Position numbers and translations under genes: made by a program. DNA of 64,000 nt from Candidatus Poribacteria bacterium (GTDB taxonomy: Bacteria > Poribacteria > WGA-4E > PCPOR2b), in the NCBI GenBank assembly GCA_965198175.1, contig OZ240245.1, positions 2,592,001 to 2,656,000 of the forward strand. Direction: 5' to 3'. Every line of letters begins with the position of its first letter. The stretch's first letter is position 1. Below the pieces are notes generated by a model. That model saw only the letters and a program-made list of their open reading frames with translations. It ran no database searches and was not told the origin of the DNA. Below are positions 10,833 through 19,866 of the stretch, piece by piece.

Positions 10833-13457
10833 TCAACCAATCGAGACCATTTCCAACTGTTTCTTCCATTGTGTCTGTAACATCGCTTTCAGCGCTTGGT
10901 GCTCAGGGCGCCTCAGCGTTGGGTCTGACTTCGTGAGCACACCCGCCTCCACTTTAGCAAGCTCAATCAGTGCAGCATCTCTGATAATATTGCCAATTTT
11001 AAAATCCGGAAGTCCAGATTGCCGCGTTCCAAAGAATTCGCCCGGTCCGCGAATACGTAGGTCCTCCTCTGCGAGCGCAAAGCCATCGTTGGTTCGCGTC
11101 ATCGCTTTGATGCGGGACACGCTATCCTCACCCTTCGGATCGGCGATGAGGTAACAAGAGGATTTGTGCTCGCCGCGTCCTACACGTCCACGCAACTGAT
11201 GTAGCTGTGCCAGTCCAAACCGTTCCGCATTTTCAATCACCATAATCGATGCGTTCGGGTAGTCAATCCCGACTTCAATGACGGTTGTTGAAACCAAAAT
11301 ATCAATTTCTCGATTCTTCAGATGAAACATCACTTCCTGTTTTTCTGCCGACCTCATCCGCCCGTGCAATAGCCCCACGCGAAGGTGGGGGTAAACATTG
11401 TGTTGGAAGTGTGCTGCCATTTCCGTTGCGGCTTTAATCTCTTCAAGTTTTTCTGATTCCTCAACAAGCGGGTAAACAATGTATGCCTGTCTACCGCGCT
11501 GAATCTCCTTCTCAATTCGCGCGTACAACTGGTCCCGATCTTTCTCTTTCACCCATTTTGTTGTAATCTCTCGCCGCCCCGGCGGCATTTCGTCAATCAC
11601 GGACACGTTAAGGTCGCCATAGACCGTTAAGGCTAGCGTTCGCGGGATGGGAGTCGCCGTCATCACTAGAACATCCGGAGTGTTCCCTTTGTCCCGCAGC
11701 GTTGCCCGCTGCATGACTCCGAAACGGTGCTGTTCGTCAATAATGACTAGCCCTAGCTGGTGAAATTCAACACCGTCTTGGATCAGGGCGTGTGTCCCGA
11801 CAACGATGTGGGCTGAACCATCTGCGATGGCGGCGAGGACTGCTTCACGTTCTTTCTTGGGAATGTCGCTTTTGAGCAGCACAACGTTTAGGTTCAGCGA
11901 TCTGAGCAATTCCGACAGATTGTATGCGTGTTGCTCAGCAAGAATCTCCGTAGGTACCATGATTGTACCTTGGTACCCGCTCTGGATAGCGCACAGCATC
12001 GCCATCACTGCAACAATTGTCTTTCCAGACCCGACATCGCCCTGGAGCAACCGATTCATTGCTTGAGTAGTCCCCATATCCGCTTTAATTTCCGCAATGA
12101 CCCGTTCTTGCGCATGAGTTAATTGGAACGGCAGAGCATCGAAAAAACTTTGAATCACATCGCCTTCGACTTGGAAAGCAATCCCCTTTTCTTTTGTTTC
12201 CCATCGCCGCTTTTTTAGTTCAAGTCCCACTTCCAGCAAAAAGAACTCATCAAACACAAGCCGTCTTCGTGCAGCTTCGAGATCTGTTTCGGATGTCGGA
12301 AAGTGGATTTCCCCAATGGCGGGTCGCCGATCCATCAACTGATGCCGGCGGCGGAGTTCTAGCGGGATAATTTCGGGATATGCTTCAAGGTGTTCATCAA
12401 GTACGCTCTTCACCCATTGGCGCAGCATTCGTTGACTAAGATTTGCCGTTAACGGGTACTTGGGCACGATTCGACCGGTGTGGATCAGATCAGCATCCTC
12501 ATCTTCGAGGACCTCCACTTCAAAGTCGGTTGCCTGAATCTCATTGCTGCGACGAGTAAACTTGCCGCTCACGACCAAACGCGTCCCGATTTTCAACAAA
12601 TGCTTGAGATAGGTAATCCGACGCCCAAAACTAACAAGCACTGCCACGCCAGTTTCATCGTAGACTGCAAACTTTCCGACCAGCTTCGCGCCGCGGCGGC
12701 GCGGCGTGAACTGCGTCCGATTGACAACTTTGCCCTGAATCGTCTCATGTTCATCGCCCCGACCCACATCATAAATTGACCGAAAATGACTCCGATTCAG
12801 ATAGTCACGCGGATAGTATTCTAATAAATCGCCAACCGTGTGAATATCGAGCTCTGCCGAGAGCTTCGCTGCACGGCGTGTGCCGATGCCTTTTGTACAC
12901 TGAATTGATGTCCGCAGGAAATTCAGAGAGGCAGGGTCAGTTGAAACGGGGGCATCTTCAGTTGTGACTTCTGCCGTGGGCGTTTCTGAAGAATTTTCAG
13001 GGCTCTCTTCCGGCGGTGCAGCATCTAAAATATCAGACGGCGGACAAGGGGTTGCGGGCGGTGCTTCTTTTGCGGTTGAGCGCGGTTCATGCACGTCACT
13101 CGGAACGGACTTGAGCGGTTCCGCAACACTAGATGTACATTGAGACAGGGGCAGTTCTTTAACCGTAGACTGTGTTACCGGCGTCCCTTGCAGCATCGTC
13201 TCGATTTGCTTTGCAGCGTTTTGGATAACGTCGAGCCGTTGTGTCGGTGACAACGTCTCATAATCCGCAAACAGATTCGCGATTGTGTCAAGTGACTCCT
13301 TCGCAGCGGGATTAAGCGTCAACTTTCGAGCTTTCGTCACCCAAAGGGACACATAGTTTCCCAGACCGTTAACCACCACACTGTTATGGCAACCGCTGCG
13401 GCTTTCCTGCAGGAACGGGCGACGAATCGTCTGCAAAATTGCGGCAAGTTCATTCAT
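10833..13457 (-). CDS. recG: ATP-dependent DNA helicase RecG with N-terminal extension
   Basis: RLLQGDVGSGKT, DEQHRFGV, MTATPIPRTL, QLHQLRGRVGRG and DLRIRGPGEFFGTRQSG. Confidence 0.97.
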   Translation of the reverse strand: MNELAAILQTIRRPFLQESRSGCHNSVVVNGLGNYVSLWVTKARKLTLNPAAKESLDTIANLFADYETLSPTQRLDVIQNAAKQIETMLQGTPVTQSTVKELPLSQCTSSVAEPLKSVPSDVHEPRSTAKEAPPATPCPPSDILDAAPPEESPENSSETPTAEVTTEDAPVSTDPASLNFLRTSIQCTKGIGTRRAAKLSAELDIHTVGDLLEYYPRDYLNRSHFRSIYDVGRGDEHETIQGKVVNRTQFTPRRRGAKLVGKFAVYDETGVAVLVSFGRRITYLKHLLKIGTRLVVSGKFTRRSNEIQATDFEVEVLEDEDADLIHTGRIVPKYPLTANLSQRMLRQWVKSVLDEHLEAYPEIIPLELRRRHQLMDRRPAIGEIHFPTSETDLEAARRRLVFDEFFLLEVGLELKKRRWETKEKGIAFQVEGDVIQSFFDALPFQLTHAQERVIAEIKADMGTTQAMNRLLQGDVGSGKTIVAVMAMLCAIQSGYQGTIMVPTEILAEQHAYNLSELLRSLNLNVVLLKSDIPKKEREAVLAAIADGSAHIVVGTHALIQDGVEFHQLGLVIIDEQHRFGVMQRATLRDKGNTPDVLVMTATPIPRTLALTVYGDLNVSVIDEMPPGRREITTKWVKEKDRDQLYARIEKEIQRGRQAYIVYPLVEESEKLEEIKAATEMAAHFQHNVYPHLRVGLLHGRMRSAEKQEVMFHLKNREIDILVSTTVIEVGIDYPNASIMVIENAERFGLAQLHQLRGRVGRGEHKSSCYLIADPKGEDSVSRIKAMTRTNDGFALAEEDLRIRGPGEFFGTRQSGLPDFKIGNIIRDAALIELAKVEAGVLTKSDPTLRRPEHQALKAMLQTQWKKQLEMVSIG

Positions 13458-13703
13458 AATTTGTGCATCAGAGTTTGTAGTCGGGGTGAATCAAATAAGC
13501 GGACGCTGCGCTGTAAACGGCGTTGGTTTTCTCAACGCGATTCCCTAGCCGACAAGGAGATGCCGCCGAAATCCTGTACGAGTAAGTTGATGACGACATA
13601 TCGCGTATATTATACACCAGTTTCCTCTCCGCTTAGCAACCTTTATTTGGGATATGTTGCAACGTGTCAAGATTTGACGAAAGCTCCCTACAAAAACAAA
13701 TAT

Positions 13704-13768
13704 GGGCAGGCACAAGACCTGCCCCTACATGTGGTCAATTCCTGTAGGGGCAACCCTTGTGGTTGCCC
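13704..13768. repeat. Inverted pair of GTAG-type REP palindromes
   Basis: GGGCAGGCACAAGACCTGCCCCTAC (13704-13728) and GTAGGGGCAACCCTTGTGGTTGCCC (13744-13768). Confidence 0.8.
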
Positions 13769-13850
13769 TGCTGTCTTGAGGCGATTTCAGACAACCGTAC
13801 TGGTTTTTTTGCGGATTGCCCGATTGTTTCCCTAATTGGCAATAGCGCCT

Positions 13851-14092
13851 GTAGGTTGGGTTGAGACGACGGCGAAACCCATACGATCAAGCGACTGGAT
13901 AAGGAGCGATCAATGGAGCGAATAGCGACTGCGATAGTCTTGTAGGTTGGGTTGATCGGATTTGATGAAACATGTGAATCGTAACACATGAGCATGGTTT
14001 GTTAATTGAGTTTAAGATTTGTATGCGTGTAGCGTAACCCAACGCTTTTTGGCCTTCCGGATGTGTCAAAAGGTGTTAAAAGCGTTGGGCTT
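13851..14092 (+). repeat. Composite GTAGGTTGGGTT repeat (GATCAA modules plus partial structured element)
   Basis: GTAGGTTGGGTTGA at 13851 and 13942; AACCCAACGCTTTT...AAAAGCGTTGGG inner stem shared with 22604, 31303 and 35302. Confidence 0.8.
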
Positions 14093-14097
14093 AGTCA

Positions 14098-14907
14098 TTA
14101 GACATCGTCCAATGCCGAAGGCACGTTATCCTGACAGTAGACGGGACGGAAGAGTGTGCGCCGTTTGAACGGCATTTCAGCGAGGTGTTCCGGATGCGGC
14201 TCCCACTTATGCCACCTGTTGCCGATGACGTTGTAGCAGTTGAATATGGCGACCCGATCGACCGTATCGTCCTCCCACCGAGCGCCAGTGTGAGTAATCG
14301 CCTCAGTGAAGAATAGCACCGAACCCGCCGGACAGGTATAATCCTCCCATAGTAAACAATCCTGATTTTGCGTCGATTTTGGCGGCGGAAAAGCGGCTTT
14401 GTGGCTTCCCGATAAGAACATGGTACCGCCGCCGCGTTTCTTGACCGGGTTCAATTCCCATACAACTCGCGTCAACCCGCTGTGCGCCTTGTCGTGGTGC
14501 ATATGATAGGTATGTGAGTTACCCGGGAAATTCAACATGCCCCGTCCGCCATGGGGTCTGAACTCGCCACGCCCCTTGGCTCGGATTGTCAGGAACGTGC
14601 CTTCCAAGCGAAAACCGTAGCAATCTTCGCTCGCGTAGCCTGCCGCGACAAACTCGTTCATGAAGCCAACGACAATCGGGTGGTCGGTCAGTTTTTCGAG
14701 AGGACCGCCAATGGACGAACGATGATGCTCAGGAATAGACTCTGGCTCTCTTTGTAGACGATAACAAAAATCACGCATCTCGGCAGCTTCGTCGTCGGTC
14801 AACACGGCGGGGAGGGCTATCCAACCCCGTGTATCGAAGATAAACCTCTGCTCTTCGGTGAACTCTATCGCCGACGCCCCGTCAGCGTTTGTCGAAGGTA
14901 TAGGCAT
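14098..14907 (-). CDS. Phytanoyl-CoA dioxygenase (PhyH) family protein
   Basis: FTEEQRFIFDTRGW, GGTMFLSGSHK, PAGSVLFFTEAITH and distal Arg. Confidence 0.85.
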   Translation of the reverse strand: MPIPSTNADGASAIEFTEEQRFIFDTRGWIALPAVLTDDEAAEMRDFCYRLQREPESIPEHHRSSIGGPLEKLTDHPIVVGFMNEFVAAGYASEDCYGFRLEGTFLTIRAKGRGEFRPHGGRGMLNFPGNSHTYHMHHDKAHSGLTRVVWELNPVKKRGGGTMFLSGSHKAAFPPPKSTQNQDCLLWEDYTCPAGSVLFFTEAITHTGARWEDDTVDRVAIFNCYNVIGNRWHKWEPHPEHLAEMPFKRRTLFRPVYCQDNVPSALDDV

Positions 14908-15126
14908 AAAATGACCCCCTATTTTTGGGAATAGTTCATTGTTCGTAGGCGCACGGCTAACACTTTTCGCATTACCCCAGAATGCACTTCCGACAGAGAA
15001 TATCCATCGGGCAATTTGAACCTACAGACAGGACACTTGAGGTGGCGAGGACTATCGAACACTATAACACGCGCAGATAGTCAATGCCAAGTCTTAATTT
15101 TGCATGATTTTATGTGAAGTCGATCA

Positions 15127-15155
15127 TTGACAAATTTTCAAAAATATATTACCAT
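15127..15155 (+). promoter_or_regulatory. sigma70-like promoter
   Basis: TTGACA-17 bp-TACCAT. Confidence 0.55.
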
Positions 15156-15161
15156 TTGTCT

Positions 15162-15662
15162 TAAAGCCATTTACATTTTAATTTACACACATTCAGATAC
15201 ACCCTGATAAGCTTACTATTACCCACAAGACTGCAAAGTCACACGGAGCACACTGTGGGAGGGAGATCCTTCTCCCGATTGTCGAGGATCCAGCGACCGA
15301 ATTGGGAGCGCGATAGTTTTAGTTGCCTCTCTCACAGTGGGCAATCTTTTTCGGTTCATTCAATATTTATTCCCCTCCTTACCAAGGAGGGGTTAGGGGA
15401 GGTCGTAGTTTGGGTTGAGCGATCAACCGACCGAACAGGGACGGCGATAGTTTTAGTTGCCTCTCTCACAGTGGGCAGTCTTTTTCGGTTCATTCAATAT
15501 TTATTCCCCTCCTTACCAAGGAGGGGTTAGGGGAGGTCGTAGTTTGGGTTGAGCGATCAACCGACCGAACAGGGAGGGCGATAGTTTTCCCATAGTCTTA
15601 GGGGGTTTGACCCTCCTTTTTGATTGGATTAATATGTGTAATTTTTAGTTGTCGTGGCTATA
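15162..15662. mobile_element. MITE-like element with imperfect terminal inverted repeats and an internal 2x134-bp tandem
   Basis: Left end TAAAGCCA...AATTTACACAC vs reverse complement of right end TATAGCCA...AAATTACACAT. The 25-bp ACACATTCAGATAC(A/C)CCCTGATAAG and the right end are shared with 39337-39508. Confidence 0.55.
15311..15588 (+). repeat. Two tandem copies of a 134-bp REP composite
   Basis: CGATAGTTTT at 15311, 15445 and 15579; contains CCCCTCCTTACCAAGGAGGGG and GTAGTTTGGGTTGAGC. Confidence 0.9.
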
Positions 15663-15792
15663 GAGTTTGTTTGAGAAGTCCAAATCCGTCTTTGGGAAAA
15701 GTAATTTAGGGGGTAAATGCCTTGAAATCCGATGGTTTTGACCCCTAAATGACCAAACAGTAGCGTTGCCACCTACTTTTCAAACAGGTTCT
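15662..15792. mobile_element. About 130-bp MITE with IS5-like ends
   Basis: AGAGTTTGTTTGAGAAGT vs reverse complement of the right end AGAACCTGTTTGAAAAGT (14/18); internal stem ATTTAGGGG...CCCCTAAAT. Confidence 0.55.
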
Positions 15793-15809
15793 TAGGGAGG
15801 AAATTTGAG

Positions 15810-16205
15810 ATGGACTTTTCGGCATGGTCCCCATCACACACTATAATTGCGATTTTTGCAGCGGTAGGGTTCATTGGACAGGTCGCAGTCTTGTTCTACC
15901 GCACAGCGCAACTGGAAAAACGCATAGAGAAGCAAGGCGAAGATTTGCGTCAGCAAGGCGAAACATACTTTCACGCAATAGAACGGCTTGAGAACCGGAT
16001 GGACAAGCGTTTCACTGAGGTCATATCGCAAACGACTCAGCAAATATCGGAAGTCCGAACCGAAATCGCCAGCCTCCGGTCGGACATGAATCAACAAATC
16101 GCTAGCGTTCGAGAGGAGATTGGCAGTGTTCGAGAGGAAATCAGCAAACTCAACCAGAACCACATTGACCACCTGATGCACCACCAAATTGAGAAGTCAG
16201 TGTAG
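15810..16205 (+). CDS. Small membrane-anchored coiled-coil protein
   Basis: RBS AGGGAGG, N-terminal TM segment, heptad repeats (IASVREEIGSVREEISKL); its stop TAG lies in a REP GTAG. Confidence 0.75.
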   Translation: MDFSAWSPSHTIIAIFAAVGFIGQVAVLFYRTAQLEKRIEKQGEDLRQQGETYFHAIERLENRMDKRFTEVISQTTQQISEVRTEIASLRSDMNQQIASVREEIGSVREEISKLNQNHIDHLMHHQIEKSV

Positions 16206-16331
16206 GTTGGGTTGAGCCAGCGACGAAACCCATACTATCAACCGAGCGAATAGATCAAGCGACTGGATAGGGAGCGATCAACCGACTGAATAGTGAGGGA
16301 TCAATGGAGCGAATAGCGACTGCGATAGTCT
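16202..16331 (+). repeat. GTAGGTTGGG REP followed by tandem GATCAAnnGAnnGRATAG modules
   Basis: Four modules; closely similar to 13851-13940. Confidence 0.75.
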
Positions 16332-16426
16332 TTCCAGTTCTTCATAGAAATCTTAGACCATAGTCTTCCGCACAACCAAGCTCACAGTGGACCGGTTGGT
16401 CGTTATGGTTGACTTCTTCAGCCTTT

Positions 16427-16504
16427 CGCTCCATAGGAGCGATATGTCTATAGTATGCTAATGCGTCTAATCCATGCGCTCCGTAGGAGCGCTATGTGTA
16501 TAGT
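16427..16504 (+). repeat. Two 28-bp palindromic direct repeats, 50-bp period
   Basis: CGCTCC(A/G)TAGGAGCG(A/C)TATGT(C/G)TATAGT at 16427 and 16477. Confidence 0.75.
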
Positions 16505-16587
16505 CCGAAATTATCTCCAGTATCGTATCCCAATCCGATCGGGAAGCACCTGCCCTCAATGAAATCGGGGTTCCCTAATCTGCGATA

Positions 16588-17475
16588 TCAGACTCCCCAC
16601 CGCTTCCGCATCTCCTCCATCGGCACCGTTTTGCCCTGCGTCCAAGCATAATGCGCGATCGGGTCCTCGCCAATCCAACGTTCATCAACCGGTTCATCGG
16701 CGCGTTGATAGCGTGTATCCGTGCTCAGACGAAAGCGGTGGGTTGTGTTGTCCAGCGATCCGTGCATGGTGAACATACCAAAAATCAACACATCCCCCAT
16801 TTCAAATGAACTCGTTCGCCACTGTCCGCCGTAGCGGTTTACCAATTCGATCGGATCGTTCGAGAACGAGCCGGTCACATGGTCACGATCAACATCCATG
16901 TTTCCGTAAGTCTCCTTCAGGACATCAAAACGGTGGGAGCCGACAAGAATCGCCAACGGTCCCATGTCGAGCGGCACATCGCCGATCGGTGTCCAGCAGG
17001 TGACGACCTGCTGCGTGCCGCGTCCCATATAGACGATGTCGTAGTGGGCGCCGGTGAAACCGCCCGGCTCGACCACACGCAACCATTTATAATCATAAGT
17101 CATGACGGGTGCATCGAAGAATCCCTCACAGAAATCCATAATCTCCGCTGATTCGACCAGATTCAGAAAATCAGGCTGATGCGTGACGGCTTTGTTTCCG
17201 CCCATAAACATGCCGCGCTTGCCTTCCGCCGGTACCCCTTCCAAAAGCGGGTACGCACGATCGACTTGCTCATTTTCGTCTAATTTCTTGAGGAGAAATC
17301 GGCGGGTTGACTTGACCTTTTCCGGGTCGTGCAAGCCGCGGATTAGCAGATAGCCATCCGCTTCCAACCTCGCTTGAAGCGCTTCGCGATCGCTGAGGAG
17401 ATCGTTTGCTTCACGCAACCAACCGAGGTACTTTCCGCCCAAATCCATCTTTTCTTGGTTCATCGTGAGAATCAT
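16588..17475 (-). CDS. Phytanoyl-CoA dioxygenase (PhyH) family protein
   Basis: DGYLLIRG, AHYD (HxD), GSH, GDVLIFGMFTMHGS and RLSTDTRYQ; ATG 17475 preferred as start. Confidence 0.9.
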   Translation of the reverse strand: MILTMNQEKMDLGGKYLGWLREANDLLSDREALQARLEADGYLLIRGLHDPEKVKSTRRFLLKKLDENEQVDRAYPLLEGVPAEGKRGMFMGGNKAVTHQPDFLNLVESAEIMDFCEGFFDAPVMTYDYKWLRVVEPGGFTGAHYDIVYMGRGTQQVVTCWTPIGDVPLDMGPLAILVGSHRFDVLKETYGNMDVDRDHVTGSFSNDPIELVNRYGGQWRTSSFEMGDVLIFGMFTMHGSLDNTTHRFRLSTDTRYQRADEPVDERWIGEDPIAHYAWTQGKTVPMEEMRKRWGV

Positions 17476-17630
17476 TTCAAAACTCCGTTTTTCTCCGTTC
17501 CAAAATCTCGTTTCAAGGTGCAACAAAACAACTAGGGACAAAAACTCGGTTTCTCTGAAGAAATACATCCTCGACAGTCAGTTTCGGAAGAGAAACTACA
17601 ATAAAGTATAGCGTTCTTAAACTCCAAATG

Positions 17631-18698
17631 CTATACAAGATTGTCTACTACGGATGAATCGAGCTTCGGAATCAAGCACAACAGCAGGTCTAATGCCGCT
17701 CGGTAATCATCTATATTAATGATAGACACATGGCTGTGGACATAACGGGCTGGCACTCCTAGCACGATTGACGGTACGCCGCGTCCACCCTGATGGATCG
17801 CCCCGCCGTCCGTCCCTCCAGTAGCACGCACAGCAATCTGATGTGGAATCTGGTGCGCGGTTGCAGTCTCAATCACAAGTTCGGCTAAACGTGGATTGGC
17901 AATCATTGAGGGATCATACAACCGTATCTGCACACCGCCGCCCAGCTTTCCCTGCATAGTATCACTGCTAGCCCCCGGCAGATCGTCTGCGGGCGGTCCT
18001 TCCAGTATAATCGCTGCATCCGGCTTCACAGCAGCCGCAACTGTTCGTGCGCCGCGCAACCCAACCTCCTCTTGTACGCTCCCAGTGCCGATTACTGTGT
18101 TTGGGTGATCGCTGAGTTGTTGGAGAGTTTCTATAACTAAACCCACGCCAACCCGATTATCAAATGCCTTTGCAGAAAACAGCTTCGGGTTCTTCATCGG
18201 CATGAACGCTCCATAAGGAGCGATTGGACAACCGGGCTTCACCCCATACTCATCCGTTGCCTGTTCAGCGGTTTCTGCCCCAACATCAATGTACAGGTCT
18301 TTAATTTCCATCACCTGATCGCGCGAACCGGCGTTTAGAAGATGAGGAGGCGTAGACCCAATCACACCGGCGACTTTGCCCTGTCTCGTCAAAATATTGA
18401 CCCGTTGCGCGAGTAGCGTATGCGCCCACCATCCGCCGACCGTGAGAAATTTGACATATCCCGCCGCTGTCACATTCTGAACGATAAATCCGACTTCATC
18501 CATGTGTGAATCAAGCAGGATACGCGGTTTTTCGGCGTTACCGCTCTTTGTGCAAAATATACTTCCCAATCGATCTTTTTCGATAACCCCCACCCCTTCC
18601 AACTGTGAATGAAAGATTTGCCTGACCTCCTCCTCGTGTCCAGGGATGGCATCTGCTTGAGTGAGTTTCGCAAGTAGTTGAACCGATGTTTGGCTCAT
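17631..18698 (-). CDS. M42 family aminopeptidase
   Basis: SHMDEVGF, KAFDNRVG, QEEVGLRGA, GGTDGG and RYVHS motifs. Confidence 0.93.
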   Translation of the reverse strand: MSQTSVQLLAKLTQADAIPGHEEEVRQIFHSQLEGVGVIEKDRLGSIFCTKSGNAEKPRILLDSHMDEVGFIVQNVTAAGYVKFLTVGGWWAHTLLAQRVNILTRQGKVAGVIGSTPPHLLNAGSRDQVMEIKDLYIDVGAETAEQATDEYGVKPGCPIAPYGAFMPMKNPKLFSAKAFDNRVGVGLVIETLQQLSDHPNTVIGTGSVQEEVGLRGARTVAAAVKPDAAIILEGPPADDLPGASSDTMQGKLGGGVQIRLYDPSMIANPRLAELVIETATAHQIPHQIAVRATGGTDGGAIHQGGRGVPSIVLGVPARYVHSHVSIINIDDYRAALDLLLCLIPKLDSSVVDNLV

Positions 18699-18945
18699 CG
18701 CTTCCCTTTCTGATTGAAATTAAAAACGCCGAAGCGCCGAAATACGCCCACACCCCTTCCGCCTGTCCATCAGATACTGACTCTCACCTTCTCCCTCTTC
18801 CCGTAGGAGAGGCATCCCTGCCTCGACAAGCAACTCTTGTAGGTTGGGTAGAGATCGACCGACCGAATGGAGAGCGATCAATGAGTCGAATGCGACAGTG
18901 TTCCCAATGCGATAGTTTAAGAAGCTTCTCCCACCCTAGACAGTC

Positions 18946-19513
18946 TTTTAACGTTAACTCAATATTCATTCCCCTCCTTACCAAGGAGGGGTTAGGGGAG
19001 GTTATAGGCTGGGTTAAGCAATCAAGTGAACAAACACCGCTCAACCCAACCTACAAAAGCTTTTAGCGTTAATTCAATATTCATTCCCCTCCTTACTAAG
19101 GAGGGGTTAGGGGAGGTTATAGGCTGGGTTAAGCAATCAAATGAACAAACACCGCTCAACCCAACCTACAAAAGCTTTTAACGTTAACTCAATATTCATT
19201 CCCCTCCTTACTAAGGAGGGGTTAGGGGAGGTTATGGGCTGGGTTAAGCAATCAAGTGAACAAACACCGCTCAACCCAACCTACAAAAGCTTTTAGCGTT
19301 AATTCAATATTCATTCCCCTCCTTACTAAGGAGGGGTTAGGGGAGGTTATGGGCTGGGTTAAGCAATCAAATGAACAAACACCTCTCCCCCCAACCTACA
19401 AAAGCTTTTAGCGTTAACTCAATATTCATTCCCCTCCTTACTAAGGAGGGGTTAGGGGAGGTTATGGGCTGGGTTAAGCAATCAAGTGAACGAACACCAC
19501 ACCCCAACCTACA
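18946..19513 (+). repeat. Five tandem copies of a 115-bp REP-composite unit
   Basis: AATATTCATT at 18961, 19076, 19191, 19306 and 19421. Each unit has a CCCCTCCTTACYAAGGAGGGG hairpin and a TRGGCTGGGTT...ACCCAACCTAC stem. Confidence 0.95.
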
Positions 19514-19675
19514 CCTCCTCCTTCCCGTATTTAAACCGCGCAATCGCGCCTTGCTCTGCTAATTCTGCTCGTGCATAATGCGCCGGCATTTGAGGCGATT
19601 TCCACCGCCCCGCAACCTGCATATTCACCACAGACGCCCCCGCTTGCGCCAGCGAAACCGCACACCCGACCCGAA
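19509..19675 (-). pseudogene. 3'-terminal fragment of the Cre-like recombinase gene (copy A)
   Basis: RVGCAVSLAQAGASVVNMQVAGRWKSPQMPAHYARAELAEQGAIARFKYGKEEV*; about 15 differences in 155 nt vs the gene's 3' end (about 23032-23187). Confidence 0.9.
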
Positions 19676-19866
19676 TTTCTTGTAGGTTGGGTTGAGGGAT
19701 CTCAATCGCACGGGATTTACTATGGAAACTCTATCGCGCACGCTATCCGTTTGCTTGATCCCTCGTTATCCATTCGTTCGATCTCCCATGATTTATTCCC
19801 TCGCTTGCGGGTCAGTAGAGAATGGGAGGGGAGAGTGAATGGGAAGAAGACTGTCTGAATCGCGGA

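Noticed and set aside
18946..19513. CRISPR array
   Set aside because: Whole 115-bp units are near-identical with no unique spacers, and there are no cas genes in the window.
15255..19858. Small ORFs over the repeats (15255-15530, 18784-19044, 19371-19562, 19571-19858)
   Set aside because: They translate REP sequence or the antisense of the recombinase fragment; no RBS or family signal.
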